Notes: generated by a model not told the origin, from the letters alone. A DNA stretch of 64,000 nucleotides from Antedon mediterranea (GCF_964355755.1 NC_092674.1:12958001-13022000), one strand, 5' to 3'. Shown: positions 36,301-50,577, counted from the stretch's first letter. Translations and numbers: made by a program.

Positions 36301-39300
36301 TTTGGCTTGGTTACACATTTTGAAAATGTGGCGAAAGGTCAAAAGGTCAAGGTGAAAGGTCATAAGACCAAACATAAATATGTCCTTAAATCTCAACAAC
36401 CACTGGTCACAACGAGGTAATTTTGGTCAAAAATTAATCAGAAGGTATACATTTATATTCAGTCTAATGGGACATTTTATTAAAAAATGACCGGAAATGC
36501 CATTTATGACCTTTGACCCACAACCCAGGGCATGTATGTATCTCCGTAACTACTGGTCGTAGACACTTGAATTTGGTTTTAAATTGTTCGAAATATATGT
36601 TTTGTTATTTGTTACACATTTTAAAAAATGTTACAAATGGTCAAAGGGTCAAGGTCAAGGGTTATTTGAACAAATAAAAAAAGGTACTTGTATCTCGGCA
36701 ACCACTGGTCGCAGCAAGTCAATTTTGGTCTCAAAATGTTCAGAAGGCATGCATTTATATTCCATCTTATGGGGCATTTTAGTCAAAAATGATCAGAAAT
36801 TCCATTTCTGACCTTTGACCCACATACCAGGGCATCTTCATATCTCTGTAAGTACAGGTTGTAGAAACTTAAATTTGGTATCAAATTGTTCGAAATATAC
36901 ATATTTACATTCATTGTAATAGAAAATGTGGGTAAAAGATGAACAGAAATACTATTACCAATGTTTCAAATAAAAAACATATCTACACAACTTATCCTTA
37001 GACAGTAATGTTATGCAATAACTGATACTTTAAATTGTTTTAATTTCAAGTACTAGTTATTGCTGTCCCTGAGGACATTTTGATAGAAACGTTAAGCTCA
37101 ACAGTTCTTTTCAGAATGATAGAAGTAACTTGCCCCAGGCATTTATTGTTCAAAAGGGTTTTTAGGGGGAAAGGAGGCATCTTCATTTGGGGTATAATAT
37201 GGTAACACGTATAATCAAATAAATACCACCTAGATGTAAAAAAATACTGCACAATTAATATAAAAAAGTGATAAAATTATGTCAAAATGCTTGGTAAATT
37301 GTAGATTATGGTAGTTAATGAAATGTGTTGACGTGATACAATTATTGTGTAAATGCACGTGGCGGGGCGTTTATTCCACATGGTGTTCTATTGGAGGGAA
37401 TGGTGGCGTTTATTTGAAGGAATACTCTAATTGTAATAATTGTATTTCGTTTCTCAACTGATAAAAGGTACTTTACATGATTTGTTTTCCTCTTTATGCT
37501 TTTTAACGAAATGTTTCTGTCTTTTAAAATAAAAGTGATAGATTCCATTAAATGGATCTTCTCCTCCAGGTGCCAGTATAATGATATAAAACAATGACAC
37601 ATCATTATCCTGACACGATTGCACTCATAATGGATCTTCATTCTATCATCTATTTGTTTGTAACTACAATTTGACAACAATCTTTTGCATAGTTTTAAAT
37701 GCCAATACATAGTTTCATTACTATTGTACAATATGTCCAGCTTTCCTGAAAACACCCTTGTGTACTGTAGTACAGTGTTGTAGTATGATTTTTTCATCAT
37801 CATAAACTTCTGATGCTTTTATTGTCAATGCATTCAGTACCTAAAACATGTCAAAGTTTCTAGTGGTATTGATAATAAATCTCCAGAAATATATATTGTT
37901 TTATTATCTACACTGGGAACAGACGTGTATATGTATAAGTTTTGTCGTTGACATTCAAAACTATTATGCAACAGTGTTACGTAATAATGACAATGACTTG
38001 GTCTATTATTGTGGTCTCCAATACCTTTTATTACATGATTGTACTTCCACCAGGATAGAATGAGGTTTAATCCCGTTATTATTCTTATTATATATTTATA
38101 TATATATATATATATCTGGGTGTATTTATTTGATTATACATGTTACCATTATTACACCCAACAAAATAAACGCCTTTCCCTGAATAAATAAATGCCCGTG
38201 GCTTTTATTCGGGTAACTACAGTAAATTACTTCTAGCATTCTCAAAATGTTTGAACGTTCGGGGGTCAACAATACTTTCTAGCATTATTATAAGCAAAAG
38301 TACAATTATTACAAACAGTAAAGGATTTGTTTTAATTCCTACAGTATAATGAAATCATTAAGCATCAATTATTGCATAACATTACTGTCTAATGATAAGT
38401 TGGGTAGATATGTTTTTCATTTAAAAGATTAGTACTTAATAGTATTTCTGATCATCTTTTATCCAAATTTTCTGTTAGAATGAATGTAAATATGTATATT
38501 TCTAACAATTTGATACTAAATTTAAGTTTCTACGATCTGTACTTACAGAGATAAGAAGATGCCCTGGTATGTATGTCAAAGGTCAGAAATGTCATTTCCG
38601 GTCATTTTTTACTAAAATGTTTCATTAGACTGAATATGAATGTATACCTTCTGAACATTTTGAGACCAAAATTTACTCGCTGTGACCAGTGGTTGCCGAG
38701 ATACAAATACCTATTTGTGTTTATTCATATAACCCCTGGCCTTGACCTTTTGACCTTTTGTAACATTGTTCAAAATGTGTAACAAATAACTAAATGTATA
38801 TTTCGAACAATTTGAGCCCAAATACAAATCTCTACGGCCAATAGTTACGGAGATACAGACATGCCCTGGTTTATGGGTCAAAGGTCAAAAATGGCATTTC
38901 CGGTCATTTTCGACTAAAATGTTTCATTAGACTGAATATGAATGTATACCTTCTGATCAATTTGAGACCAAAATTACCTCGCTGTGACCAGTGGTTGTCA
39001 AGATTTAAGGACATAATGGTGTTTGATCTTATAACCTTTGACCCTGACCTTTTGACCTTTCGCCACATTTTCAAAATGTGTAACCAAGCCAAAAATGATT
39101 GTTTGACCACCCTAAACCAATTTCTGAAGTCAAATTCTCTGGACCTCAAAGTGCATACGAAAGTTGATCAAGCTACTAGAGTAATTATAGTAAGCTTAAA
39201 AAAATTCTTTCCTTACTCTTGTGTTTTAATTTTATGTCTCATATTATATTATATTTGTTGCTTACTTATATGTTACGTTTCGTTTTGCTTTTAATATTTA

Positions 39301-42300
39301 TTTCATTTATTTTCATTTTTTTTAAATAATTCTATATAAAGATTTAACCACATATTGGCATTGCACAACGTTATATAAACCTCTGTAGAATATACCGTAT
39401 TATAATAGTCGGTTAAGGTATAACCTATTATTTTTTCTGCCAAAAAGAGGCGAGAAAGTGAACCATAATTCCATTTCTTTACTTTTTTCAAAATGTGTGC
39501 TTTATAGATACAGAAGCATCCACGAGAGAAAATGTGGTCAACATATCTGTTTCCGGTACTGAGTACAATATTTTGAAAGTTTGCCTCAATTGCAAACTTA
39601 TATGTGGTATAAACATTAATGTATTTCCATAAATCATTTGCTTCAGTACATTGGTAAAAGAAGTGTTTATCATCTTCTATTACATTACATTGCAGGCAAG
39701 TGTCTGTATTATTAATATTCCATTTAAAGAGCTTTCTATTGGTAGGAATAATACAATGCAATAGTTTGAAATTTAGCTGTTTAAGTTTGTTATCTTTAAT
39801 ATCATTTACTTTTCTTTTCCACGTCAGTGTCCAATCGTTCGCTATATTAAAATGTGTTTCCCACTTTGTTTTACTCTTGGTTGGTTCTTTACATTTTTTT
39901 TTGATAAAAAAGAGACGAATGTTTTTACAACTCATTTTACTATACTGTATTGATATAACTTCTTTTACATTATCAATTTTTGAATAAATTATATCTTTCC
40001 ATTCTCGTGGTATTGCTTTTAGTAGACATGACAATTCAGCAATCCAATCCGAACGTAACTTTTTATGCTATATCAACCCTTTTTTATCAGCTAATCTTTA
40101 AACAGTAGTTAGATAGTACATCAACTTTAATTTAGGTTTACCGAAAACCAAACTAAGTTGGTCAGGGTTATCAAATCTACGGTGGCCTGTACGTGTCACG
40201 GCAACTTTTTTTAAATATCACGGCAATTTACAAAAAAGCCACGGCAATTTACAAAAAAATACGGCATTTGAACCAAAATACCCCAGCAACTTAAAAATGA
40301 ACACCATGGCTTTTAAAAAAAATTACCGAGGTTTATTTTGTAAATTGCCGTATATTTTTTGAAAGTTGCCGTGACGCTTACAGGCCACCGTACAAACTGC
40401 GATTGAAAGTATGAGTGTTTGCTCTAATGACGTCCTAATGATTGTGGTGATCGTATTTTTTCCCCTTTGTTTGTTATTACGTTGGTAGGTGAGACTGTTA
40501 GAGCTCATGAAGACACTGAATAAAATCTCAAAGTAGCCTACTGCACATTATAATATATACTTTCTTGGCAAATGATGCATGTGATACGATTATAACGAGT
40601 TACACAAATCAAAGTTAACTTAACGACTACCATGCACAATTGTAGAATCACTAGTCCATAAGAAATTCGGCGAATCTCGGTCCGCATGAGAAGCTGTTCA
40701 TCCGGAATCTGGACGTTGACTAGATGTTGTTGTGCACTTTAACGAAGAATTACTTTTTGTTGTGGATAGGAAAGACGACAATCGGCACAAAATAAGTAGA
40801 ATACTAATGCCTTTTCAGAATGTTTGAATAAATAAAACACGAATGTTGAAAGATAGTTACAAGAAAGAGATAATAAACAAGGATCATTTATTTTTAATTT
40901 TATTTGTATATGCTGTACAGCTCACTGCATGTTTATTAAATCATTTAAAGTATCACATTTTGTAATGAAAATGTATAAACAAGAACGTTATTATATTATT
41001 ACCAAACAGTGTTTAACGTTAAGTGTTTATCAGTTGTAAACCATTATCTTGATTTTACCAGTTTCTGTTTTATAATTTCAGTTTGATCTTGTCTGTGAAA
41101 AGGCCGAAAAGCCATCGCTTTCACAGTCAATTTTTTTTGTTGGAACACTAGTTGGTTCACTTGTTTTTGGAGCTTTAGCGGACAAGTAAGTATGTTAGCA
41201 TTTCCTAACTGAACAGACAACCGGCGACGTATTGGTCTGTCTGTTGTTTTAAAATGTAGGGGTATATGTAGTTAGTAGATTTTGAATGGTCTTACTTATA
41301 TATTATCATTGCGAAATTCATATGTCAAATTTATTTGCAACTAAACGCTTATTTAATAGAACATTCCAATTATTTATTGTTTTGTGTTGTTATATCAAAT
41401 GATAAATCCTTGTTGGTGCTATGAGCTAAACAACGAATGTTGTAACCGTACACATAATTCCATTGAATTGCTCTATAATCAAAATCACAGTTCGCATAAT
41501 GTCACTCTTCCGTGACTTAAAAACCGAACCGAAATGTAAATATGTCCAATCTAACTCAGCCGAAACTTTCTAAAATCAATCATTCAACAGGACCCGTACT
41601 ATGGGACTCCCTTAACAAGTTTAGTTACTTGACCATACTTTCATCACATTTAAATACAAATTCAAAAATACCTAATATCACAATATAAAACCCATATTTC
41701 AACTCAGCTTTTACCCTTTGTCTCTAGTGCATGTACCGTCTGTAACCCCTCTTTGTTCCTGTATATTGATCCACATTTTAATAATAATGTTTTTCCTGAT
41801 GGAACCAATATAAAAGCTCTTTGAGCTTATTTGGTCTGTTAGACAGAATGACAAAACTATTTACAGTATTATGTTTATCATACTTATAAATATTGCTTTG
41901 TTCGAATAAAAGAAACTTTTTAAACATTAAACCGGTTTAAAATTAAAATTGGTAACAATCTGAAACAGATATGATACAATGGGACTAGTGCAGACCATTG
42001 GTGCTAATAATGGAGCTATACAACAAAAGTAAAGTAAAACTCTTGACTAATTGATTTGTTAAAATTATTTTACATAATATGCTATTTTAGCTATAACGCT
42101 AATTTAGAAAATTACTCTGGTTTATTCAATGTATTCACCGCACTAGTCCCGCACTGTATCTTGATGACACTGTATTTGGGATTATAATTTATTACATGAT
42201 ACAAATACGCATTTTTGTTATAATTTTCTTCATAGGTTTGGGAGGAAGCCTGTTTTGTTTTTAGCTGTAGGCTTGCAGTGTGGCTCTGGAATATTAACTT

Positions 42301-45300
42301 CGTTTGTGAAATCGTTTGCTGCTTACACGGCGTTGCGATTCATCACGGCGGCAGCGAACACTGCTGTTTTCATCACTGCCTTAGTTATAGGTAGGGTATA
42401 TATATAGAGATATGCATAATCTTCGCTCATTGCAGACCACCTAATTATATTATATATATTAATTATTTAGATAATTATGGTAGATCGAGTTTATTGTATT
42501 TCCAACAAAGATCGACACAATAACATCTTGAAATAGTAGCTTGATGCTAAACATTGCTCTGCCTTACCTTTCTTTAGTCGATGTCTTTCGCGAAAGACAA
42601 CAACAATAGTTTTACATTACATTCATGTGAATAATGGATGAACAAATCACCTTGTTTGGTCCAATCATTAATCAAGTGCTTCACTCGTTCAGTGCCAATC
42701 TTAACCAGATGAGACGCATAAACCAATACGTCTGAACAGGGGCTGCCATAAGTGTCAGCAGTTATGATTTCAAATGCCTAATGGAACCAAGCTTCATAAT
42801 ATACATTATATACAGCACCCGATATTACCAGATTATTGTCAAAGCTCTAACCGGACAAAATGTTGCTTAACTTCGGCGACCTGGCGAGAACCAATGTTTC
42901 AACGTGGTAAAGCCGTATGCCTACATTCATTATGCTTTAACGCTGACGAAAAATATAATTATAAACAATAGTTACTTTATTCCCGGAGCAACCCTTTAAA
43001 AGTTTAATGTAAGTATACTAAATGTCAATTTACAAAACGATCGTTAACGGTAAGCGGTAAGCGGAAAACAAAAATAGCCTATATAGAATCATGTTATTTC
43101 GTATGACCTTTTACAAAACAAGGAGCGATTGAGTGGAAACCCGCTCATGATAGATACAAATTCTACCTGGGACAAGCACAAGGTTTTCCACCAACCACTA
43201 ACCGCTAGAATCGTCTGTATAAATTGCCCTTAAACTGTACTAAAATACACTATAATAATGGTAATCATTGTTTATCGATTACGATTATTATTATTATTAC
43301 GATTTACTATCGATTCTCTTTAGGTACCGAGACTGTCGGTGTTTCCAAACGAACATATGCTGGACTTGTTATCGAATTCTTCTTTGCATTTGGTCTAATA
43401 ATCATGGCGGGACTTGCATACTTTATCCGTGAATGGCGAACTTTACAGCTTGTGGCTAGTGTTCCTGGGCTATTATATTTTCTTTATATACCGTAAGAGA
43501 AAGTTACCAAAACACTGTATAAATAACGTAACACTTTTTGCATATTTTATTTTATTGTTTTACTCTCAAATATTCAAGTCCATAACAGGAGTTTTGCCTT
43601 TCTTTTGTAATTATTATAAATAATACAAAAAAAAAAGAATGAAAGTAAATTGAAGTGATTAACATTTTTTTTTCATTCATTTATTTGGCACTTTGACCAG
43701 TGTAATGGTAAAACATGTATGAACATGTTAAAAGCTATCAAATACGCTAAATTAACAAATACATTATTGTTTTGTTAAACTAAAATAGGGCATATGTTTT
43801 AACATTATAGGACTAATAGAAAATTATTTTAGTTTTTAACAAAACAATAATTAATGCATTTGCTCAAATTCTTGATCGAAATTACTCTCTTTAAATACTA
43901 ATAATCTCTCTTTTTCAAGATTTTTCCCAGAATCGGCACGGTGGTTGATTTCTCAAAAAAGATATGATGAAGCAAAGAAGATAACTGAGAAGGCAGCAAC
44001 TGTAAACAACGTTAATTTGCCAACAGATTTTCACTTTTCTGAACACACTGTACGTGTAATAGTTATTACATATAATTAGGTATATGAAACGTTATCGAAT
44101 ATTTCTTAATTTTAAAACAATGATTGTTTATAAGATTGAAAATTTCCAGTAATAATAATATCCATTCACATACAAGATACAAAATGTTTTTTATTGGTTT
44201 TTCCTGATGGTAAAACAATTACAATATATACAGAGATTTTTAAACAACGAACGGATTTAAAGAGGCGTAGAGACATTACAAACCACCAGAGTTGAATACT
44301 GGAATTAATTTATAAACGGTGAAGATGTATATGTATCTTATCCCGTATCTTTTTAAAAGTCAACATGGGCACATTTATCTTATTTCTTGGTTCTGGTATT
44401 CCTTAATAGACAAACGATAAAAATATGAAGATAAAAATGTAACACACACGAAACAAGGGTATTTTATTAAGTTAACAACAGCAAAAGAAATGTATGTTTC
44501 ATAAATTTAAACGCACCTTTCTATTTTGCGGTAAAAGCTTCTTAGATATTTTGACTAGGATGTAATTATTTTTAAGTTATAACATTTCTTCTATTCACTT
44601 GTTGAACTTTTATATTTTCAGGGTAAACCATCTTCACCCATGTCGTTTCTTGATTTATTTAGACCATGGCCAGTTTGTAAGCGAACATTTAATGTTATAT
44701 TATGCTGGTAAGTTATGCTTATAATATATTTTACCTGATGTGTACGGATCTTTTTTTTAGGAAACACTAAACGTCTACACAAGCAAACTTTTCATTTTGT
44801 TTACTGCATGGTGACAAAAACTTAAAGAACCTCAGGAAACTTCTGAAAAATAAAAATCTGTCTCCACTTCCCTAAAGCATATTCTACACTAGCATAGTTT
44901 ACTTAACAATTTGGAGATGTTTTTGTGTCTGTTGGACACTAGTTACTAGAGGCTTTTGACGATCTAACTTCTGCAAACTAAATAGTTTTCTTTAGTTTTG
45001 TCAAGTTTTCCACTAACAGACATTGGAAAACTTCCTTTGTCAAACTCGAAATTGGCAAACTAAAGCTGTCTAATACCTTAGCATCTACCATTGCTTGCAT
45101 AATTTTGTTTGCCTGCTGTTACTGGTGTCTGTCATTTTGCAGGCCTTCTTCAAACAATGGTTGTCAGCAGTTTTCCAAAATCAAGTTTGCAAACTAGAGT
45201 TTGCTAGAAGATAGACTAGGCTGATTATCAATAGTGTTAGTATTATTCAATAGTTACCATACGTCAAAGGCGACAGTATATTTCAATTTTATCAATACCA

Positions 45301-48187
45301 TGACTATTTTTAATAATAATAATTTTTTAAATATTTAAATATTGTTTTTTTTAAGGATTGCTGTTAATATCTCCTACTTTGGCCTCTCTCTCTGAGTACT
45401 TCTGATTTTGGCGTTAATCATTACATATCTTTTCTTGTATCTGGTGCTACCGAGATACCAGCCTATGCATTGAGTATTGTAGCTCTGGACTATTTTGGAC
45501 GCAGACGATCTTTATCAGCAACATTGTTACTCGTTGGCGTTGCTTGTTTGCTAACTATTTTTATTCGTAAGTAAACAACAACACCAATAATGATAATAAT
45601 AAAAGAATGTATAATGCCCACAGCTGCAGTACATACATATATAAAACCATTTATGTTAAAAAAAGAATAAAACAAGTTAAAATTCCATAAAGGTCTACGA
45701 CAACTAGTGATACTAAGGTAATTAAACTGTTTGTTTAAAGGATTTGGTATTTGCTTCCATAGTCAAATACAGAATTAGCTTTCGAAAGTATTACCTTTCG
45801 AATTCCAACGTAAAAACTTACACGGACACCTCTCAGTAGTTTTAATATACTACATTATTATAAGAATGAGGACAGTAACATTTCAGCACATTAAGTCCTA
45901 ATAGAAGTCTATGTAATTTAATCACCTGTAATCACCTGTAATCACCAGTCTTGTCGGGCTCGTAAGTAGACCATACATTTCTGTATGGTACATGTCATGC
46001 CCTCCCAATTTCATCAAGTCATCACTGCATGGTTTTTTTTTTTGGTGTTTTTTCTTCATTCGTTTCCTTGATTTAAATTCTTCTGCAATACACTTTATCC
46101 CATAAAAGTAAATTTGTTGTATTTTCTTTCAATGAATCTATCAAGTTTATTTTTAAAGGCGTTTACTGTAGTGGTGTTAACGGCTTCCTCTGGTAGACTA
46201 TTCCATAGGTTAACAATTCTGTCAGAAAAATTGTACTTGCGGATATCCAGTTTAGGTCGTCGCTTATATATGGTGTATCTATGTCTTCTTAGGTTTCTCT
46301 CGTATGTTTTCATAGGGAAGAAGTTACGCATTCCACTACCACCTGTCACCATTTTAAAAACTTGAATCATATCTCCTCGTAATCTTCTAAAGGCCAATGT
46401 TGGTAGATTTAGTCGTTTTAGGCGTTCTGTATAATCCAGGTCTTTTAATGATGGAATTGCTTAAACAAGTCATCAATAGATAATAATTCTAGCACTTTCA
46501 ATCTATACAAATAAGATGTGTCACAGGAACCTTTCTAAACATCATTATCCGTGTTGCTTTCCTTTGTATACTTTCTATTCTATTAATTAACTTCTCAAAT
46601 GGTGCCCACATTGACGATCTTGTTGTACGCGGTATAGTAAACTTCTCCATAACATTCTCCAGCTGTCCAAAGTCTGATAGTATCATCTGATGATCTAAGT
46701 GAGCAAGTTGGTTGATACGATACAAGATTCTACTCAAATAATAATTTGGTCGTGCTTTAAATGTGGTTATGAGTAATTCATACTTAATCCTGCGATGAAC
46801 TGGTAGCCAATGAAGAAGATCTATGAATTAAAAGTTCCTCTTAATTATTGGTGATTCGTACTAGAATCACCTATTGATTTTTTATGAATAAATATAGTAA
46901 GACATCACTTTGTTTTGTTTATACCAATAATTGACTTTGTAATATATTTTTTATTTTGTTGAAAAGCAATGGGAATAGGACGACTGACAGTAGCGATGGT
47001 AGGAAAGTTTGGAGTAACCGCTGCATTCGGTATTATATTTTTCTATACTGCAGAGCTGTATCCAACTAACATACGGTTAGAAATATAATATTTTCCTATT
47101 TAGATGTTATAGCTAGTCTAGTTCAATTGATAAAAGTTAAATATTGTGTTAAACGAGCAACTGTAATATTATAATAATTATAATTGTATATTCGACGTCC
47201 TGAGGTGGTGAGGACTTAAAGCACATCATCTTTTTACTCCCCTATTCACTATCATCAAACTCATACAGAATAAAACAATGATTCTCGCTGATGATTATTT
47301 TATTTTGACATTATAATCTCATTAGTTTTTTTATTGTAAAGTTGATGTGTTCTTTATCCATTCCATCTTCATTATGATGATGGCGTTATTGAATAAATGT
47401 ATCTAGTTGTAAAACTTACCGACTGCTTTATTCATTTGGCAATAGGTCAGTTGCTGTTGGTATTTGTTCAACATCTGGTCGGATTGGAGCCATCCTATCA
47501 CCATATATCCTCCACCTGTCAAGGTATTGGGCACCACTTGCAATGTTAACATTCAGTGTATTAGCTATTTCATCAGGAGTACTTGTTTTACATTTACCCG
47601 AAACTGCCAATAGAAAGTTACCAGATACAATGGATGAAGTCACAGAACTTAAAATGTAAGGGTTTGTTTGTAAATGTTTCAAAATTTGCATTCAGAATGT
47701 ACTAATAAACCGCAGTCATTGAAATATAATGGGTTCAGTAAGATGTCTAATCTATCAAGGCACGAATTATGATTATTATGTGTAATTTGTTGTTTTTTGT
47801 AATTATAAAGTTAATATTTGCATCAATTGTTGTCAGCGCTAGTAAGAGCATGTTGCTTTGGTAGGTGTCTGTGTGTGTGTGGTTTATCTTCTTTCTAAGT
47901 TTATAGCATCGTTTCGACCAGGGAAGACGTGTAGACGTATGCTAATGTTACAGGAATACGATCACTTTTGAATTTTATGGTCTGAACAAACATGTTAAAA
48001 CGTAAAATAGCTATTTTATGTTAAACTAACCAGCCGTACCTTGAGTGTATTTGTATAATTTCTTTCACTTTATTTTCTACACTATTTAATGTCGATTAAT
48101 GATAATATTAACGTTTTATCATTTATTTTCAGATCTGTGACAAAATTATCGTCAGCAGAATTAGGAGAAAAAGAAGCTATGACATAA
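33332..48187 (+). CDS. SLC22: SLC22-family (MFS) organic cation/anion transporter, 10 exons, with two apparent frameshifts
   Basis: Exons: 33332-33741 ([35 protein letters not shown], frameshift), 41082-41185 (FDLVC..GALADK), 42236-42390 (FGRKP), 43324-43492 ([14 protein letters not shown]), 43920-44049 (PESARWL), 44622-44707 (DLFR), 45356-45566 (YFGLSL..EIPAY..GRRRS, frameshift), 46967-47075 ([12 protein letters not shown]), 47446-47655 ([18 protein letters not shown]), 48133-48187 (TAA). The symbol is family-level only. Confidence 0.95.
35551..35914 (+). mobile_element. tRNA-containing interspersed repeat associated with (TA)n
   Basis: tRNA-like gccccagtggtgtaatggttaga...gagttcgagtctcggttggggc at ~35724-35795. 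The direct repeat ttctttgcctgatttgtttatatatat occurs at 35524-35550 and 35888-35914. Related sequence is at ~49815-49910. Confidence 0.6.
36212..39182. mobile_element. ~3-kb non-autonomous DNA transposon with ~800-bp terminal inverted repeats
   Basis: 36212-~37030 is the reverse complement of ~38350-39182 (actctagtagctagatcaactttcgtatgcactttgaggtccagagaatttgacttcagaaattgg). TA flanks the CTCTAG/CTAGAG termini. No transposase ORF is present. Confidence 0.85.
39303..40060 (-). mobile_element. 5'-truncated Tx1/L1-clade LINE, ORF2 C-terminus with zf-RVT
   Basis: 243-aa ORF with [30 protein letters not shown] and the CCHC motif [14 protein letters not shown]. Confidence 0.85.
40180..40390. mobile_element. 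~210-bp MITE with TA target duplication
   Basis: ta|cggtggcctgta..gtcacggcaactt ... aagttgccgtgacg..tacaggccaccg|ta, with internal acggcaatttacaaaa repeats. Confidence 0.8.
42811..42920 (-). mobile_element. 5S rRNA-derived SINE head (second, more decayed copy)
   Basis: Reverse complement reads catacggctttaccacgttgaaacattggttctcgccaggtcgccgaagttaagcaaca...cgggtgctgta. Confidence 0.7.
46095..46615 (-). mobile_element. CR1-clade LINE 3' fragments
   Basis: [45 protein letters not shown], with upstream [15 protein letters not shown]. Confidence 0.9.
46745..46822 (-). mobile_element. L2-clade LINE fragment
   Basis: The minus strand translates [21 protein letters not shown], containing the L2-type LHWLP motif. 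Confidence 0.7.
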
Positions 48188-48528
48188 ACAACATTGATAT
48201 CATGAGAAACGTTACACCAACGTACCATGATAGACTTCCGTAAAAACGTGAAAAAACAGCAGTTCCAAAAAAAAAATAATCCAGTCTCCTTTGGCTTGCT
48301 CATAAAAGCAATTGGGATGATAAGGGTTATTAAATACTCAACGCTATTACACTTTTTAATCAACATTATGATGTTGATTTGTATCAGTACTTCTAGATTT
48401 TTTATAGAATACTAGTATCAACGTATACCAACAAATTAATAAAAATCCTTATAATAGGTAACTAAACGCATTTCATCAACTGGTTGTAAGTATTTTACAC
48501 GATTTAAATTTAGACTTTGTATAGCATT

Positions 48529-48618
48529 ATTTAATTTTCTAAAAAGGCGAATTGATGCCTATTCTCTAATGGAATAACATGAGAATAGGCAGCAATTCGC
48601 CTTTTTAGAAAATTAAAT
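48529..48618. repeat. Near-perfect 38-bp-arm hairpin downstream of the SLC22 stop codon
   Basis: atttaattttctaaaaaggcgaattgatgcctattctc, a 14-nt loop, then gagaataggcagcaattcgcctttttagaaaattaaat (one mismatch). Confidence 0.85.
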
Positions 48619-50577
48619 TTCAAATTTATAAAAATGTAGGCCTATTTAGAGTATTGGAAAAAATAAACAAATTAGCCAATTATTGAATTGTTAATGATAA
48701 TACAATGTATAATTGTTATTGATGTACATACCGTATATTTTATTTTAATGTATGGATGATGCTGCATGGGAAACTTTGTATTAACAGAAAAAGCCATAGC
48801 ATCAAAATATGAAAATAAACAAAACAAAACATCATTTTTTTTACTGATATGTAACAGTGATATACTAATTCTAAGTAAGTTATGATGTACTGAAATTGAA
48901 ATAAAGTTTAGAGAGTGAATCTCACAAAAAGACAAACAACTACAGCCAGCAATTTGTTTTCTTCCAAAATACTTATAAGTAAGCTTTTAAAACTAATTTG
49001 AATACATCATATTAAATATTAAAAAGTGTTTCTAAGATCCACGCGTAGGCTCGCTATTTATTTATTACAGGCATAGAAATAAATTATATATATATATATA
49101 TATTAAATAGCCTATATAAATGCGTGAACGTGATTGGTTGAGTACGATGATATTGACTGAGTAATTGTCGAGTAATTATCGTGTCCCTGTCATTAAACAT
49201 ATATAACATCCAGCAAATTCTCGAGTACGATGATATTGACTGTGTAATTTTCGTGTGGCAACATTCGCGTTTGGCGATAAATAAGTTAATAAAAGTAATA
49301 AAAGTCATCTACTGGGACTTGAACTCGCGATGAATTGTTACTCCATCACGCAACTTGCTTGAAGAAATTAATCAACTAAACTATTTAAACTATTCATACA
49401 TAGCGCCCTCGCTTAGTTTTTAGTCCTCTCTAGATGTGACCTGATAATAATATTATTATGTATGCTTATTGGTGGAAATTATTCTGTAAATTTAAACGGC
49501 CTAGGCCTAAGTGAATATTTTATTGCCAAGGAATCATTAATTAGTAATTATCTGTATATTATTCTTCAGTGGTCTATTGGTTAGGACATATGCATTTCAA
49601 TCATTGTACAATTCTTGTATTTTAAAAAATAATTCTTTAGATATTTTTAACTGTAATTTTTCTCAATTTAAATGTATTATTAATGAAATTATTTAAATTT
49701 TCTTTTTCATTTGTATATATTTATATTGGCTCATATTTTATAGTTTAGCTTTTATTTTCAACCTGTTATTGGTGTTTTACACTGTTGGTTTGATATAAAG
49801 AATAAAGTATCAGAAGGTTCCGGGTTCGAATCTCGGTTGGGGCGACTTTTTCTCCTTCTCACAGATTTCCTCATCTTCAAATTAATTAATTAAATTTCAG
49901 TATATCACGGTATAGTATTTATTCTGTGCCTGTGGTGTTTAAAATATATATATATACTATATATCCCTGTTCATACTGTACATGTTGACTTTATATTTGT
50001 AGTAGAATAAATTAACTTTTATATTCGTTTGTAAAGTGAAAATGTTATTGACTTTATACGGTCATTTTTCGCAAAGGTAAGGTGAATTAGGCAGTCTTAT
50101 TACTTAGGCTAGCCGACCCATACACTTTGCTACATTTTTTAATATAGCAGATGTAATATATAGTTCATCGAGAAAAATATCATTCCCTCGGGGATGTCAA
50201 TTGTTATATTTCACCTCTAAAAAAGTAGGCAATATCTGTATAATATAAACATTTGCAGTAGAGCAGAATCAGTGTCGTGAAATAAACCTTTATTTTTTAA
50301 AAGTAATGCTACAAGAATATGTTTGTAGTATAAGATAGGAAATTCATCAAAATTGACTATACATAATTATGTAAAATTGAGGCATTTTTCTTTTTAAAAA
50401 AAGTATATAAATATAAATCAAAAGAAAAATCAATTTAACACAATTTAAAAATACCATTTTATTAAAAATTATTACCCAGTTAAATGTGTGTAAGTCATTG
50501 AATCAAAATCAGTAAAATTCCAATCTTATAACATTATGAAAAAGGTGTAGCATCACATTATAATACTTTGTTTTTAG

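Noticed and set aside
37342-37803. 153-aa ORF in the centre of the long-TIR element as a transposase
   Set aside because: No DDE or DNA-binding motif is recognisable, and the composition looks like random AT-rich sequence.
36169-39294. Similar ORFs at 36169-36399, 38573-38782 and 38938-39294
   Set aside because: They are translations of the two arms of the long TIR and show no transposase motifs.
9345-45400. Programmed ribosomal frameshifting or stop readthrough as the explanation for the four frameshifts
   Set aside because: No shared slippery heptamer or stimulatory structure. The indels differ in size and mostly sit in short runs or dinucleotide repeats, which fits errors or mutation better.
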